IMG/VR virus record: IMGVR_UViG_3300025035_001128 | Length of the DNA: 46,544 bases | Reading direction: 5' to 3' (one strand) | DNA from: a virus | Part shown: piece after piece, positions 21,056 through 31,087 of the stretch | Layout: each line of letters begins with the position of its first letter | Numbering within the stretch: the first letter of the stretch is position 1 | Notes under the pieces: generated by a model | Databases searched by the model: none | Seen by the model: only the letters and a program-made list of their open reading frames with translations | Told to the model about the DNA's origin: nothing | Position numbers and translations under genes: made by a program

Positions 21056-21232
21056 TCAGTCACTAAAAACTAAATTTTGTGGACCATAATTAAAAGAGGT
21101 TGGACTAATTTCCAATTTTGTTCCATCAGTGAAATGAAAGATACAAGTATGCACACTTCCATCTTCAAGAGAGGTTTCAGAAACATCAATAGTTTCAATC
21201 TTTTTTCCAACACAATCTAATAGAGTTTTCAT
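21056..21232 (-). CDS. small hypothetical protein (not in ORF track)
   Basis: 58 aa MKTLLDCVGKKIETIDV...; AAGGA RBS; directly downstream of tRNA copy 2. Confidence 0.6.
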   Translation of the reverse strand: MKTLLDCVGKKIETIDVSETSLEDGSVHTCIFHFTDGTKLEISPTSFNYGPQNLVFSD

Positions 21233-21252
21233 TTTTTTCCTTTAAAAATATT

Positions 21253-21329
21253 TGGTGCGACGTGCTGGACTCGAACCAGCGACCCAAGGATTATGAGTCC
21301 TTTGCTCTAACCAACTGAGCTAACGTCGC
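21253..21329 (-). tRNA. tRNA with CAT anticodon (Ile2 or elongator Met), copy 2
   Basis: GCGACGT/ACGTCGC acceptor stem, full cloverleaf, CCA. Confidence 0.92.
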
Positions 21330-21409
21330 ATAAGATTTTAAATTTCTGTAAGTGACCTAATTTAGATTAATTATACCTCAAAAATTACCCCTTTTTTATA
21401 ATTTCATAT

Positions 21410-21742
21410 TTAAATTTTAATTGTTTTTGTATTCACACCTAAATTAACATTTAACCTATCTTTTAAGGTATATAAATCATTTTCCATAACTAATTCCTCA
21501 TAAGTTTTAATAGGTTGATATTTCCATAACAATGGATTATCATTTAAAAAAATTATTTCATTAACTTCTTCTGGAATATAATATAATGTATTTAATTTGT
21601 TATAACTACAGTTAAAATGTCCATCAATTTTTTGTGGACAATACTTTAAACTTGTTAATTGATTATCCCCACAATTAAAACCACCAATTATCTTAGATTT
21701 ATTTAACCAGACTTCTATTTCTTGTTTTGTTTTAAATTTCAT
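21410..21742 (-). CDS. short leucine-rich-repeat-like phage protein
   Basis: GGFNCGDNQLTSLKYCP and GHFNCSYNKLNTL repeats. Confidence 0.6.
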   Translation of the reverse strand: MKFKTKQEIEVWLNKSKIIGGFNCGDNQLTSLKYCPQKIDGHFNCSYNKLNTLYYIPEEVNEIIFLNDNPLLWKYQPIKTYEELVMENDLYTLKDRLNVNLGVNTKTIKI

Positions 21743-21759
21743 TCTTTTATTAACAATAA

Positions 21760-22098
21760 TTAAATAAATTTTAGCTTAATATCTAGTCCTTTAGTGCGAG
21801 TTAGTTCAAAATTACCAATTAAACTATTAATAAAATTTAAATCTTCTTCTGTCCCCATTTGTCTAGCCATTTTAAAAATTTCAAAACTTATTTTTTTTTG
21901 CTTATTTAATTTGTTGATCGCTATGTTAATTGCAATGCGTTTATTATGAACATCCACACTTCTCTCCCGTAGTTCCTTGAGTTTCACCTCATCTTTTTCT
22001 TTTGGCATGCAAGCCTCACAAACCTCTTTTGAAATCTGTTTAAGAATTTGATTTGTATTCTCCCAATCCTTATGTATGTTGGAAAGTTCTGTGTTCAT
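21760..22098 (-). CDS. hypothetical protein
   Basis: 112-aa ORF. Confidence 0.6.
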   Translation of the reverse strand: MNTELSNIHKDWENTNQILKQISKEVCEACMPKEKDEVKLKELRERSVDVHNKRIAINIAINKLNKQKKISFEIFKMARQMGTEEDLNFINSLIGNFELTRTKGLDIKLKFI

Positions 22099-22113
22099 TT
22101 TTTCTTTCTACTT

Positions 22114-22727
22114 TTAATTTTTTAACAACTCTAACATCGCTTTTGTTTGGTTAGCTACATCTTCATATTCTTTTAGTTTATCTTCAAGAAATTTTTGAGT
22201 ATCAAAATTTAAACTACCGTGATTACTTGTAACCAACCTTTTACTCCCATTATCATTTACAACCCAAGCTAAAGAATCACTTTCCCAACCAGACCAAAGA
22301 ACATCACACATGGTTAATGCTTTAAACTGTTCTCCATTAACAGTAATATTTAATGCTTCCTGGAGTCTTTTTTCTTCTTTAATTTTATAAAACTTTTCTA
22401 TGTTTTCTTTATTAAAGTCTGAAAAACATTTAGTGCAAACAGATTCAAAAATTTCTTTATAACTTTTGACCAATTCTCTGTTCTCTTCCTTTTCTAAAGG
22501 GTCATCATTACTTCCATAAACATAATCACCACGAATTTATTTAATTAATTCAATAATAGGTGTATATTTTTCTTTATAGTAAGAAGCATATATTTCTTGA
22601 ATCCAACTATAAACATCTTCAACACTTTTATCTTTAATATAATTCAATTCAAAATAGAAGTCTCAGAAGCAATTGGTTCTTTATTAAAAAACTCGATACA
22701 AAACTTTTTATAATCTTTAACTTCCAT
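22114..22727 (-). pseudogene. hypothetical gene broken by a frameshift and an in-frame TAA (22537-22539)
   Basis: the frame of ORF 22114-22473 continues upstream across one TAA; ATG at 22727 lies in another frame. Confidence 0.55.
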
Positions 22728-22743
22728 AATTCGCTTTCTTTTT

Positions 22744-23277
22744 TTAAAATCTGATAATGTTTGCACTTAGAGCTTGGGAACTTTTCATACGATATTTATA
22801 ACCATCGCACTCTACCATATATCCACGACGACCAAGCACCTCATTCACTTTATAGTCTTTCCCATTGTAAAATAAATTCATGCCTTCTGTAATTTTAGGC
22901 TTATTTTTTTTGCTATAAATTTTTGAATTACAACGATTACGCCAATTAGTAGCATATTCATTATCTGTTGGTGTTAGAAGCTTAAGAATTCGTGCCGGAC
23001 AACTATCTTCATTTGGTCCCATTGATTCAGTCATGTCTTTATATCCAAAATTATAATAACCCTTAGCATAATTTAGCAAATAAACCACAGCAAAAACAGT
23101 GCGCTCTCCAGTTTTCAAATCAATCCGTTCAACAGCACCATAATAAGTCCTAAAACTCACAACTCCACCATCTAAAACTGTATATTTTGCATCAGGATTA
23201 TTCCAAACTAACAACTCTTTTGCAATGTATTTTCCAGCAGAAATATGTTTGTCTTTATTCAGATATGTCCAACCCAT
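22744..23277 (-). CDS. conserved phage/plasmid hypothetical protein (DUF6927-like, from memory)
   Basis: MGW..., YYGAVE, FGYKDMTESMGP..CPARILKLLTPT..A..WR. Confidence 0.6.
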   Translation of the reverse strand: MGWTYLNKDKHISAGKYIAKELLVWNNPDAKYTVLDGGVVSFRTYYGAVERIDLKTGERTVFAVVYLLNYAKGYYNFGYKDMTESMGPNEDSCPARILKLLTPTDNEYATNWRNRCNSKIYSKKNKPKITEGMNLFYNGKDYKVNEVLGRRGYMVECDGYKYRMKSSQALSANIIRF

Positions 23278-23409
23278 GATTGTCTCCTAAGTTTATTTCA
23301 ATGATTGAATTATACCACTATTTGAGAGGAAAATAAAAAATAATTTATCATTAAAATTTATAAAAAAACCTTAATTATGATATAATTAATTTTTTAAAAA
23401 AGAGGTTCT

Positions 23410-24093
23410 ATGTCTAGTATTGATGTTGTTGATAATGTTCATTGTGCTAATCTTCACTTGGAAAACTCTAATATTCCAATCTATTGGGTTCAAAGTGTTT
23501 TAAAACATGATAGAACAAAGTGTGATGTTACTCCAAAAGACTTAATGGTCGGCGGTGGTAGTGGTGAGCATCCAGCTTTGCACATTAAAAATGCAGATTT
23601 ACTTCCATTATGGTTGTTATTGAGAAATATGGAAAATGAAGATTGCTCATTAAGCAATGCAGAGTCTTTAGAACTAATGTTTTTTGATAAATTAAAATCA
23701 CGTGCAAAAACAACTATGGAACAAAAAAACTATGAAGATTTTCCATATCAATTTGATAATTTTATGTGCATTGCTGATTGGTCACTATCAACATTAGGTA
23801 AAGTGGAAAATACCTTTATTCAATCACCTATTAAGGATGAACTTTCATCTTATGCTGAAGTTTCCCTATTGGTAAGCTTGGCAATTTTTGTAATGTTTGA
23901 TATGCCAAAACAATTTTTTGAGGATGATGCATATGAAATTATGGAAAATCTTAAAAAAATCAATAAAAATAATTATTTAAGTATGTTTACTATTTCTTCT
24001 CCATTAAATAGTCAAAAAATGGGGCGCACTATTAAGAATGGAAAGGTTATTGGGGGATACTCTTTAACTGACTATTGTTCTATAAATCACTAA
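23410..24093 (+). CDS. hypothetical protein
   Basis: 227 aa, TGATATAAT and GAGG upstream. Confidence 0.7.
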   Translation: MSSIDVVDNVHCANLHLENSNIPIYWVQSVLKHDRTKCDVTPKDLMVGGGSGEHPALHIKNADLLPLWLLLRNMENEDCSLSNAESLELMFFDKLKSRAKTTMEQKNYEDFPYQFDNFMCIADWSLSTLGKVENTFIQSPIKDELSSYAEVSLLVSLAIFVMFDMPKQFFEDDAYEIMENLKKINKNNYLSMFTISSPLNSQKMGRTIKNGKVIGGYSLTDYCSINH

Positions 24094-24522
24094 CTCCTTC
24101 ACAATCTACTATGCATATTGTGATATAATTGCTTATCAAAAAATTCACTCAAGGATACACCATGTCTAATTCAAATACTTTATCAAAAAAAAAATTTTAA
24201 ATTTACGTTCTGGATAAACATATTGGGAAGTGAAAAAAAATCAATTTGGGCTATATCGTGTAATTAATTTATCTCCACTAGGGAAAAAAGTTAAAAGCTA
24301 TTTGAACCCATCATCAAACATTTTTTGTAAATGTTTATTTTTTAGTGCTGATAAAACAATCACTTTTTCCTCTGTGTCTCCATCACAGCTTTCAATTAAT
24401 TTAGCCTTATCAATATCCGATGCAGGATTTCCTCTTAATAAAATCCACATTAAACAAGCAGAAATTAGCATTACTAAAAAACACTCAGAATATTTTCAAA
24501 AATATACATATTTGTTCCTTTT

Positions 24523-24747
24523 TTAACGAAAATAAGAAATGTTATTTAATAATTCTTCTTTCATAATGCTTTTAGCTGAAGCTAAAGTATTTATTCCAGT
24601 ACATGCTTGAATCTTGTTTGTAGGAATATGATAAACGATATAGCCTTTATATCTTTTTTCAACCCTCCAATTTCCAGTTGAATCTGACCATGTTTGGTCT
24701 TTACCTTTTTTTAATCCTAATGCAGTTGCAATATTATTATTTGACAT
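24523..24747 (-). CDS. hypothetical protein
   Basis: 74 aa, AAGGG RBS. Confidence 0.6.
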   Translation of the reverse strand: MSNNNIATALGLKKGKDQTWSDSTGNWRVEKRYKGYIVYHIPTNKIQACTGINTLASAKSIMKEELLNNISYFR

Positions 24748-24923
24748 ATTTAACCCTTTTTAAAATATAGTAAATAAATTTGAGTAATGAAAATATTGAT
24801 TATTGATTCGTTTAAACTATACACGCATTATACGATAGTCCTAGGAGAATTACTTAATAAACGGTAAGCACGTCGAAAATTCTTTTATCTTATTTACAAT
24901 AATCAAAATCTTTTTTCTATTTA

Positions 24924-25040
24924 AACAGTTAGCAGGAATCGAACCTACATTTCAGGTGTTTACTAAATTGATAGTCTCTGTGTACTTTAGAGTAGTTCCA
25001 CTTGTTTCAACCCTGCGTCTTCCCATTGGACTATAACCAT
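24924..25040 (-). pseudogene. degenerate tRNA-like gene with a ~46-nt insertion in the anticodon loop
   Basis: D-arm GTC-CAATGGGAA-GAC, T-arm GTAGG-TTCGATT-CCTGC, anticodon stem CAGG/CCTG separated by the insert; no CCA. Confidence 0.65.
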
Positions 25041-25152
25041 AAAAAAGTGTTTTGTTTATATAGTAATTGGAAAACACTTTTTTATGAATATAACTTAGTC
25101 TATTATATAACAAACATTACTTTATTTGTTAGTTTTATTAAAAATAACTAAA

Positions 25153-25570
25153 TTAATCTTCCTCTATTAAAATTCTTTCAAACTTAATACTTCCATGAAT
25201 TCGTCGTTCAATTTGAAACCATAATTTTCGATGAATATTTTCAAAAACATGATGAACAACAATTTTCTCATCTTCATTAACTTTTTTAACAAAACTTTTT
25301 AATAGTAATTGTTCACTTTTAGTTGGCCGATAATTTTTTTCATTAATAATATCTTAAAGTATTGGATTTTGCCATTTTCTTTTTATGTGGAGTAGCACTT
25401 ATTGTTTTTGATGTATTACAAATTGGACAATTTACATAATAAATTTCACGATTTTCATATTCATCATAGTCTGGTAGTTCTTCTTTGTATTTTAGATCAG
25501 AATCTTCATATTCTGCAACACATCCACAGTTACGACAAGTAAATGTATTTTATGGTTTTGAAAGTATTTT
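25153..25570 (-). pseudogene. zinc-ribbon hypothetical gene with two in-frame TAA codons
   Basis: FTCRNCGC...VNCPICN; frame open except for CCA-TAA and CTT-TAA; start codon not evident. Confidence 0.5.
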
Positions 25571-25611
25571 TATAAATAATATCTCTTTACTTAATATTAT
25601 TAACTAATCTA

Positions 25612-25697
25612 TGGTGGACAGGGCTGGATTCGAACCAGCGTAGCCTTTCGGCGTCAGATTTACAGTCTGATGGTTTTAACCACTCACCCACCTGTCC
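25612..25697 (-). tRNA. tRNA-Tyr(GTA)
   Basis: TCAGA-CTGTAAA-TCTGA, long variable arm, CCA. Confidence 0.95.
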
Positions 25698-25993
25698 ATA
25701 TTGGTATTATAACATATATTTATGATATTTATGATATTTAATTTCTGTTACTCCAGGAACTGCACTTATATTTTTTGGTTCCTTATTTTATGTATAATTA
25801 AGCCAAAAGTCATGATTTTAATAAAAATGACTTAACTTCCCATTAATTAATAAATTTTAATTTAACACTTTAATTTTGAATTTATACTATTATTAACTTT
25901 TAAAGTTTTTTCTCTTAACTTGGTAACTTCTTCAACAATTAATTTTTTTACACCATTTGCTAATGAACCAAATATTTAATTAAGTTTATCATT

Positions 25994-26410
25994 TTAGTCT
26001 TCTTTTTTAATTAATTTCCAAATTTGTTTAGCTTTAGAAATTTGAATTGGTCCAGCACTATAACTATTTTTTGAAAAAAATGATAACTCACCATCACCAT
26101 ATGAATCTGTAACAGTTGATTGAATCATTTCTCCACCATATAAGAACAGATAAGATTGAATTTCATTTGTCTTAAAATTATTTACTTTTACTTCTTCTTT
26201 AGTAATCTCAACTAATTCAATGCTTTTAGAAAGACTTTCTTTGTAGTAATTAACTAAGTAAATAGCATCTTTTTCTTCAAAATTTAATTCATTAATTAGA
26301 AAATCTTCAGCCTTTTCAAAATCTTGTTGAGAAATCATAGCATTAAAACAGCTAATAATCATTGAATTACCTGCATATTTATTAAAAATTTCTCTTGTTT
26401 TTTCATTCAT
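25994..26410 (-). CDS. hypothetical protein
   Basis: 138-aa ORF. Confidence 0.65.
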   Translation of the reverse strand: MNEKTREIFNKYAGNSMIISCFNAMISQQDFEKAEDFLINELNFEEKDAIYLVNYYKESLSKSIELVEITKEEVKVNNFKTNEIQSYLFLYGGEMIQSTVTDSYGDGELSFFSKNSYSAGPIQISKAKQIWKLIKKED

Positions 26411-26468
26411 ATTTTCGCCCTAAAAGTGATTCCCAACTATTATTGTAGCATACTATTATTAAAATACC

Positions 26469-26693
26469 TTACCATTTTCCATATGGGTTTTCTTCCTCAT
26501 CGTCTTTATTAATTAATGTATTTGATTCTCCCCCTTTTTCATATATAGCTCCCTCTAAAAGCCCTTTTAAAATCATTAATTCTTGAAGGCTTGGGTCACG
26601 AAACCCATCAAACTCACCATATGAGTGATATAGACCATACTTTTTTACTTTTAATAAAAACTCTTGTGTAATTGGTGTAATTTCTTGACTCAT
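26469..26693 (-). CDS. hypothetical protein
   Basis: 74 aa, AAGGA RBS. Confidence 0.65.
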   Translation of the reverse strand: MSQEITPITQEFLLKVKKYGLYHSYGEFDGFRDPSLQELMILKGLLEGAIYEKGGESNTLINKDDEEENPYGKW

Positions 26694-26988
26694 TATTTTT
26701 TCCTTAAATATTTTAAAATATGCAATTTATTAAGCTAAGTAAAATTATAACATGCTTATTCTTTTTTTATTGAAAATAGTTAAATTTATTAATATTTCTA
26801 CTAAATCTGTGCTATAATCATGTCATGAATTAGAAATAATTCTTGGTGTCTCACCAGCAGTATTCCTCAAATGGCAAACGAGATTAGTTAAAAACGATGT
26901 TAGATTTACAACCAATTTGGTTGGCAATCAAATTAACGAGGAACGATTTGTACCGTAATGGACCAACCAATTTAATTGGAGAATTAAT

Positions 26989-27438
26989 ATGTCTAATATT
27001 TTAAAAACAAAAGCTAATTTCTTAAAATCTTTTTTAACTAAAAAAGGATACAAAGTAAAACATACAGAGTGTCTTGAAGCTTTATCTCATTTGGAAAATG
27101 GCTCTTGCTATAATGTTGCTAAAGAAAAAATTATTAGGATTTTAAAAGATGGAGAACATCTTACATTTAAAGAATTAAAAGAAAAAAACTTTACTGTTGA
27201 TGTTGTCATTAATATGGACATGGACACCATTATGTGCGGAATTGAAGCTGTTAACGAGGCTGCTTCTGATGCCGTTACTGGTTCTGATTATGCTCTCTGT
27301 GATCTATCCTATCAAGTTCATCCTTATTTTTATGGTGGTGGGGTTGCAATTCGTGTGACAGGATACATTGAAGACATTGAAACACTTTCTCATCTTAGTG
27401 ACTATGAAGAAGATGATGATGATGAAACTGATGATTAA
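26989..27438 (+). CDS. protein with a glyoxalase-superfamily (Glyoxalase_8-like) N-terminal helical domain
   Basis: KTKANFLKSFL...VKHTECLEALSHLENG..YN pattern; GGAG RBS; acidic tail. Confidence 0.55.
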   Translation: MSNILKTKANFLKSFLTKKGYKVKHTECLEALSHLENGSCYNVAKEKIIRILKDGEHLTFKELKEKNFTVDVVINMDMDTIMCGIEAVNEAASDAVTGSDYALCDLSYQVHPYFYGGGVAIRVTGYIEDIETLSHLSDYEEDDDDETDD

Positions 27439-27627
27439 TTAGTGTAAAAAAAACACCAAAATAATGCTATAATACAGCTATGAAAGTTGTCCCTACTCTG
27501 ACCTTTAATTTTCACTGCCACTCAGTTAATGCTATTGTTTTTTTAATATTCAACAATGCATAATTTAAAATAAAGAGTAAGGATTAGTACTTGAATGAAA
27601 AACTGTAATTTTAATAAGGAGTATATT

Positions 27628-27855
27628 ATGTCTAAACCAACTATTGAACAAATTGCAAAGATGGCAGAATTAGCATGTTTCTATATTGACCCACAAGGAT
27701 TGTGGCTTCGAATTGATTCTTGTGAATTGGAAGATGGATATTTCAACTGTCACAACGAAGACAGCGGAGAAGAATATGAAATCCCTTTTGATGAAATTAC
27801 TTTAGAAGGACAAGAATCCTTTCAAGAATTAGTAAAAATGGAGCTAAATGGTTAA
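27628..27855 (+). CDS. hypothetical protein
   Basis: AAGGAG RBS before MSKPT. Confidence 0.65.
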   Translation: MSKPTIEQIAKMAELACFYIDPQGLWLRIDSCELEDGYFNCHNEDSGEEYEIPFDEITLEGQESFQELVKMELNG

Positions 27856-27871
27856 AAAATAAACTAGCATT

Positions 27872-27902
27872 AAAAAGGATAAATTAAAACTTTATCCTTT
27901 TT
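27872..27902 (+). terminator. intrinsic terminator-like hairpin
   Basis: AAAAAGGATAAA-TTAAAAC-TTTATCCTTTTT. Confidence 0.7.
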
Positions 27903-28008
27903 AAATTTTTATAATATTAATAATATATTTATTTACTACTAATAACAATATTAATTTAAAAAATTTAATTATTCATGATATAATTGCAACTCTTAAGATA
28001 GGCAAAAC

Positions 28009-28380
28009 ATGACAAATTCAGAATACATCCTAAAAAAAATTGATTCTTTTTATTCTCCTAGAAATAGTAAGGTTAGAATTCCTTATTCTCTTCTTTGTGC
28101 AAATCATCTAACAATTATTGAATTATTAAATGATTTTTGGATAGATATTAAACTAAGTAAACCTGTAGATAAAGAATTTGTAATTTGCATTCAAGACTTA
28201 ACTCCAATTGGAAAAGGTAAGTTTGTTTGTGACTACTATTATGAAGATAATAATTTTGTTGCTAACTTAGGTGATTCTGATTCTTATGGATATATCACTC
28301 ATTGGATTTCATTTGAAAATATTAATAAATCAACCATTGATTTTAATGAAAAACTAAAAAACCTTACTCTTCCCATATAA
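28009..28380 (+). CDS. hypothetical protein
   Basis: 123 aa, TGATATAAT upstream. Confidence 0.65.
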   Translation: MTNSEYILKKIDSFYSPRNSKVRIPYSLLCANHLTIIELLNDFWIDIKLSKPVDKEFVICIQDLTPIGKGKFVCDYYYEDNNFVANLGDSDSYGYITHWISFENINKSTIDFNEKLKNLTLPI

Positions 28381-28396
28381 TAATTTAATATAGTAA

Positions 28397-29323
28397 TTAT
28401 TTTTTAATGAAGAAGTTTTAAAAGATGAAGAAATTTTTAACACATGTTTAATTAAAGATGCTCAAACATATACTGTTCTTAGATATAAATTAAAATTAAT
28501 TCCACAATACGGAACAAAAGAAAAAGCATTATTCTTTTTAGATTTAAATCCAGCAGTTTTTGAGTTTTTGGGAAGTAAATTTCAAGAGGATATTGATATA
28601 GCAAAAAAAGCCATTTCTATTAATATCAATAATGTTAAATATTTAAAAAAATCAATTAGTTCAAAAATTTTTAACAATAAGGAATTAAATGAAAAATTAT
28701 TAACTCATAATTTAGATTATTTTAATAAAATAAATAACAAATTTAGAGATAATGAAGAGTTTTTTACACACTATATCAAACAAAAACCAAGCTTAATTGA
28801 ATATGCAAGCAAAAGGCTTAAAAATAATAAAGATTTTGTCTCACTTGCATTAACAGCATATAATCTTCTTGAAAATATTCCAGATACATTTAAATCTGAC
28901 CAAGAAATGATGCAAAAACACATTTCTTCATGCCCTCACTCTATTTATGAAATATCAAAATTTCAAAATGTAAAACCTTTGATTATGAATATACTTCATG
29001 ATAAACACTATATTTATGAATACTTAAATAATGAGAGAAAAATGGATGATGATTATATTTATGCTGTATTAAATCACAACACTTTCTTTTAAAAAACAGA
29101 TGACCCTTTACATCCATATCAACAAGCTAGTATCTTTCAGATATTGCCCAAAATTTTACAAGAAAATATAATTAAAGAATATATCACCGAAGGATATGAT
29201 ATTAATCAAGAATTTGATACAAAAATATTATCTTATTCTAGAAATAAATATACAAATCTTTATTTGAGAAAAAATTTGAATAAAAAACTAGAAATTGTAG
29301 AGACAAAAAAAATTAAAATTTAA
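28397..29323 (+). pseudogene. DUF4116-like repeat protein, 5' truncated, with in-frame TAA at 29090-29092
   Basis: repeats such as IEYASKRLKNNKDFV and ENIPDTFKSDQEMM; frame continues past the TAA to ETKKIKI. Confidence 0.6.
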
Positions 29324-29689
29324 TTAAATTTGGTTAAGATTATTGACGTTTAAAGTTGGCATAGAATTTCCCCTTATATTTAATAACGAAGATTTAATGC
29401 TTTCATGATTTGGTATTTTTGTTATAGATTCTTGGATTCCAATGATTGATTCATTAAATTGAGGAAAATCTTCTTTCAATTTTTCAGCCAATATAATTCT
29501 TGATTTTTGTAAAACCTCATTTGGAAAACTATCTTTAGAGTCTGAACCCAACCTAGCTAAAATCAATAACCCTCCAAGCACACCACCAACAACAGCAATA
29601 TCTGGAAGCACAGTGCTTACTAATCCAACTACTGCAACAATACCAACGGCTAAGAAGGCAGCGAATTTTTTCATTCCACTTAAAGTCAA
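29324..29689 (-). CDS. hypothetical membrane protein
   Basis: two hydrophobic N-terminal helices. Confidence 0.55.
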   Translation of the reverse strand: MTLSGMKKFAAFLAVGIVAVVGLVSTVLPDIAVVGGVLGGLLILARLGSDSKDSFPNEVLQKSRIILAEKLKEDFPQFNESIIGIQESITKIPNHESIKSSLLNIRGNSMPTLNVNNLNQI

Positions 29690-30230
29690 TCCTGTTTTTT
29701 CAATTTATCTATGTATTTAGCTTCATTTTCTTCTGTAACTAAATTTATAAACCCAGTTATTTCAATTCTTCCTTCTAATTGATTAACTTTTAATCCAATA
29801 GCTTGAAGATTAGAAACAATTTTTTCTTTATCTAAACCTAAATCTTCATTTGAAACTTCAGACCTTGCTGTATCTGAAAGTGTAGTGTGACTAGTCCCAC
29901 CCATACTTGAAGATGTTCTTGCTATTGAAACCCTATAGTTTTTTTGAATTTTTTCAATTAGTTCAATATTTTAATAATCTATTCCAATGAAAAACAGATG
30001 ACCAGCAACCACATACCAATGAATGCCTGTTTTTTTTGATACGGTTGATATTACTGTAGTAGTTTTAACCTGGAATATATGGGTAATTATCTCTGATAAT
30101 TTTTTGCAGTATTAGTTACAATTTTTTCACATATAAGAATATTAAAAAATTAATTATACTTATAGTTTCCCAAAACATAAACCAGCTAAAATCTTCATGT
30201 CTTCATTTTGTTTTTCTTCATTTTTTAGTT
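29686..30230 (-). pseudogene. degraded hypothetical gene (ORF 29686-29904 is its 3' part)
   Basis: frame extends upstream across an in-frame TAA (29971-29973), then further stops. Confidence 0.45.
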
Positions 30231-30262
30231 TTTTTAAAAAAACATTATATTTTTAAAATATT

Positions 30263-30339
30263 TGGTGCGACCAGAGGGGTTCGAACCCTCGACCCAAGGA
30301 TTATGAGTCCTTTGCTCTAACCAACTGAGCTACAGTCGC
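30263..30339 (-). tRNA. tRNA with CAT anticodon (Ile2 or elongator Met), copy 3
   Basis: same D and anticodon arms; T-stem GAGGG/CCCTC; CCA. Confidence 0.92.
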
Positions 30340-30429
30340 ATAAGATTTTACCTTTCTGTAAGTGACCTAATTTACATTATTATACAACAAAATTAACCTT
30401 TTTTTAATAGTTTCACATTTAAATATAAT

Positions 30430-30640
30430 TGAAACAACCAGGATACTTCTCCTGAGTTTCTTACATAGAAAAAGTACCTTGAAAAATCAAGATGCTTTTG
30501 AATGATTACTTTTGGATGAAGCCTAGGAAAATGCCTGTGAGGCCATTTTGCCACTGTTCATAGTGATACTGGTGCAAGTTGAAACCACCCACGGTTTCTA
30601 TCAACATTCTTCTACGTCAGGTAACATTATTTACCATGAC
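30430..30640 (-). ncRNA. candidate structured RNA, unrecognised
   Basis: TATAAT at 30644-30649 followed by a run of hairpins; no RBS-led ORF. Confidence 0.45.
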
Positions 30641-30690
30641 TCTATTATACATCAATTAATATTGAACTTTATTAATCTTTAAAAAAATTA

Positions 30691-30805
30691 TAACAAAGGT
30701 AGGATTCGAACCTACAATTACCAGCGGTTTACGGGGAAGATTTTGGTGTCCTTCTCTAAGATAAATCCCCTAACCACATGTGTCTACCAGTTTTGTCACT
30801 ATGAA
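30691..30805 (-). pseudogene. degenerate type II tRNA-like gene with a ~40-nt hairpin insertion in the anticodon loop
   Basis: Leu-like D-arm AAACTGGTAGA, T-arm GTAGG-TTCGAAT-CCTAC, stem GTGG/CCGC split by the insert. Confidence 0.65.
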
Positions 30806-30822
30806 ATAATTTCTTTTAAATT

Positions 30823-30907
30823 TGGTGCCTAAGGACGGAATCGAACCGTCACGGATTTCTCCGGGGGATTTTGAATCCCCTGCGTCTACCAATTTCACCA
30901 CTCAGGC
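30823..30907 (-). tRNA. tRNA-Leu(CAA)
   Basis: GGGGA-TTCAAAA-TCCCC, variable arm, CCA. Confidence 0.95.
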
Positions 30908-30929
30908 TTTCACATTAATACAAAAACTA

Positions 30930-30995
30930 AACTATCAGTGAGATTCGAACTCACGACATTTACCAACAAAAGTCTACCAACTAGCCCACGATGTT
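30930..30995 (-). pseudogene. degenerate tRNA (loop TTGGTAA, Thr-like) with broken anticodon stem
   Basis: intact T-arm GTGAG-TTCGAAT-CTCAC and D-loop AGTTGGTAG; shortened; no CCA. Confidence 0.55.
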
Positions 30996-31087
30996 TAGTT
31001 AACTGTTTGGTGCAGTCTTTTTTATATTAAAGATATTATAACACTAAAATAAATCAAAACTTTACAAATTTTTATTTATTTCTTATT

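Noticed and set aside
24230-24526. ORF-track 98-aa plus-strand ORF
   Set aside because: Antisense shadow of a frameshifted minus-strand gene that starts with AAGGA-ATG near 24509
24924-25040. Complete self-splicing group I intron
   Set aside because: 46 nt is far too short for the catalytic core; only one short motif resembles it
2087-29973. TC-context deamination signature (several in-frame TAA codons are preceded by T)
   Set aside because: Counter-examples exist (AAA-TAA at 22539, CCA-TAA near 25545), ancestral codons are unknown, and T is common at third positions
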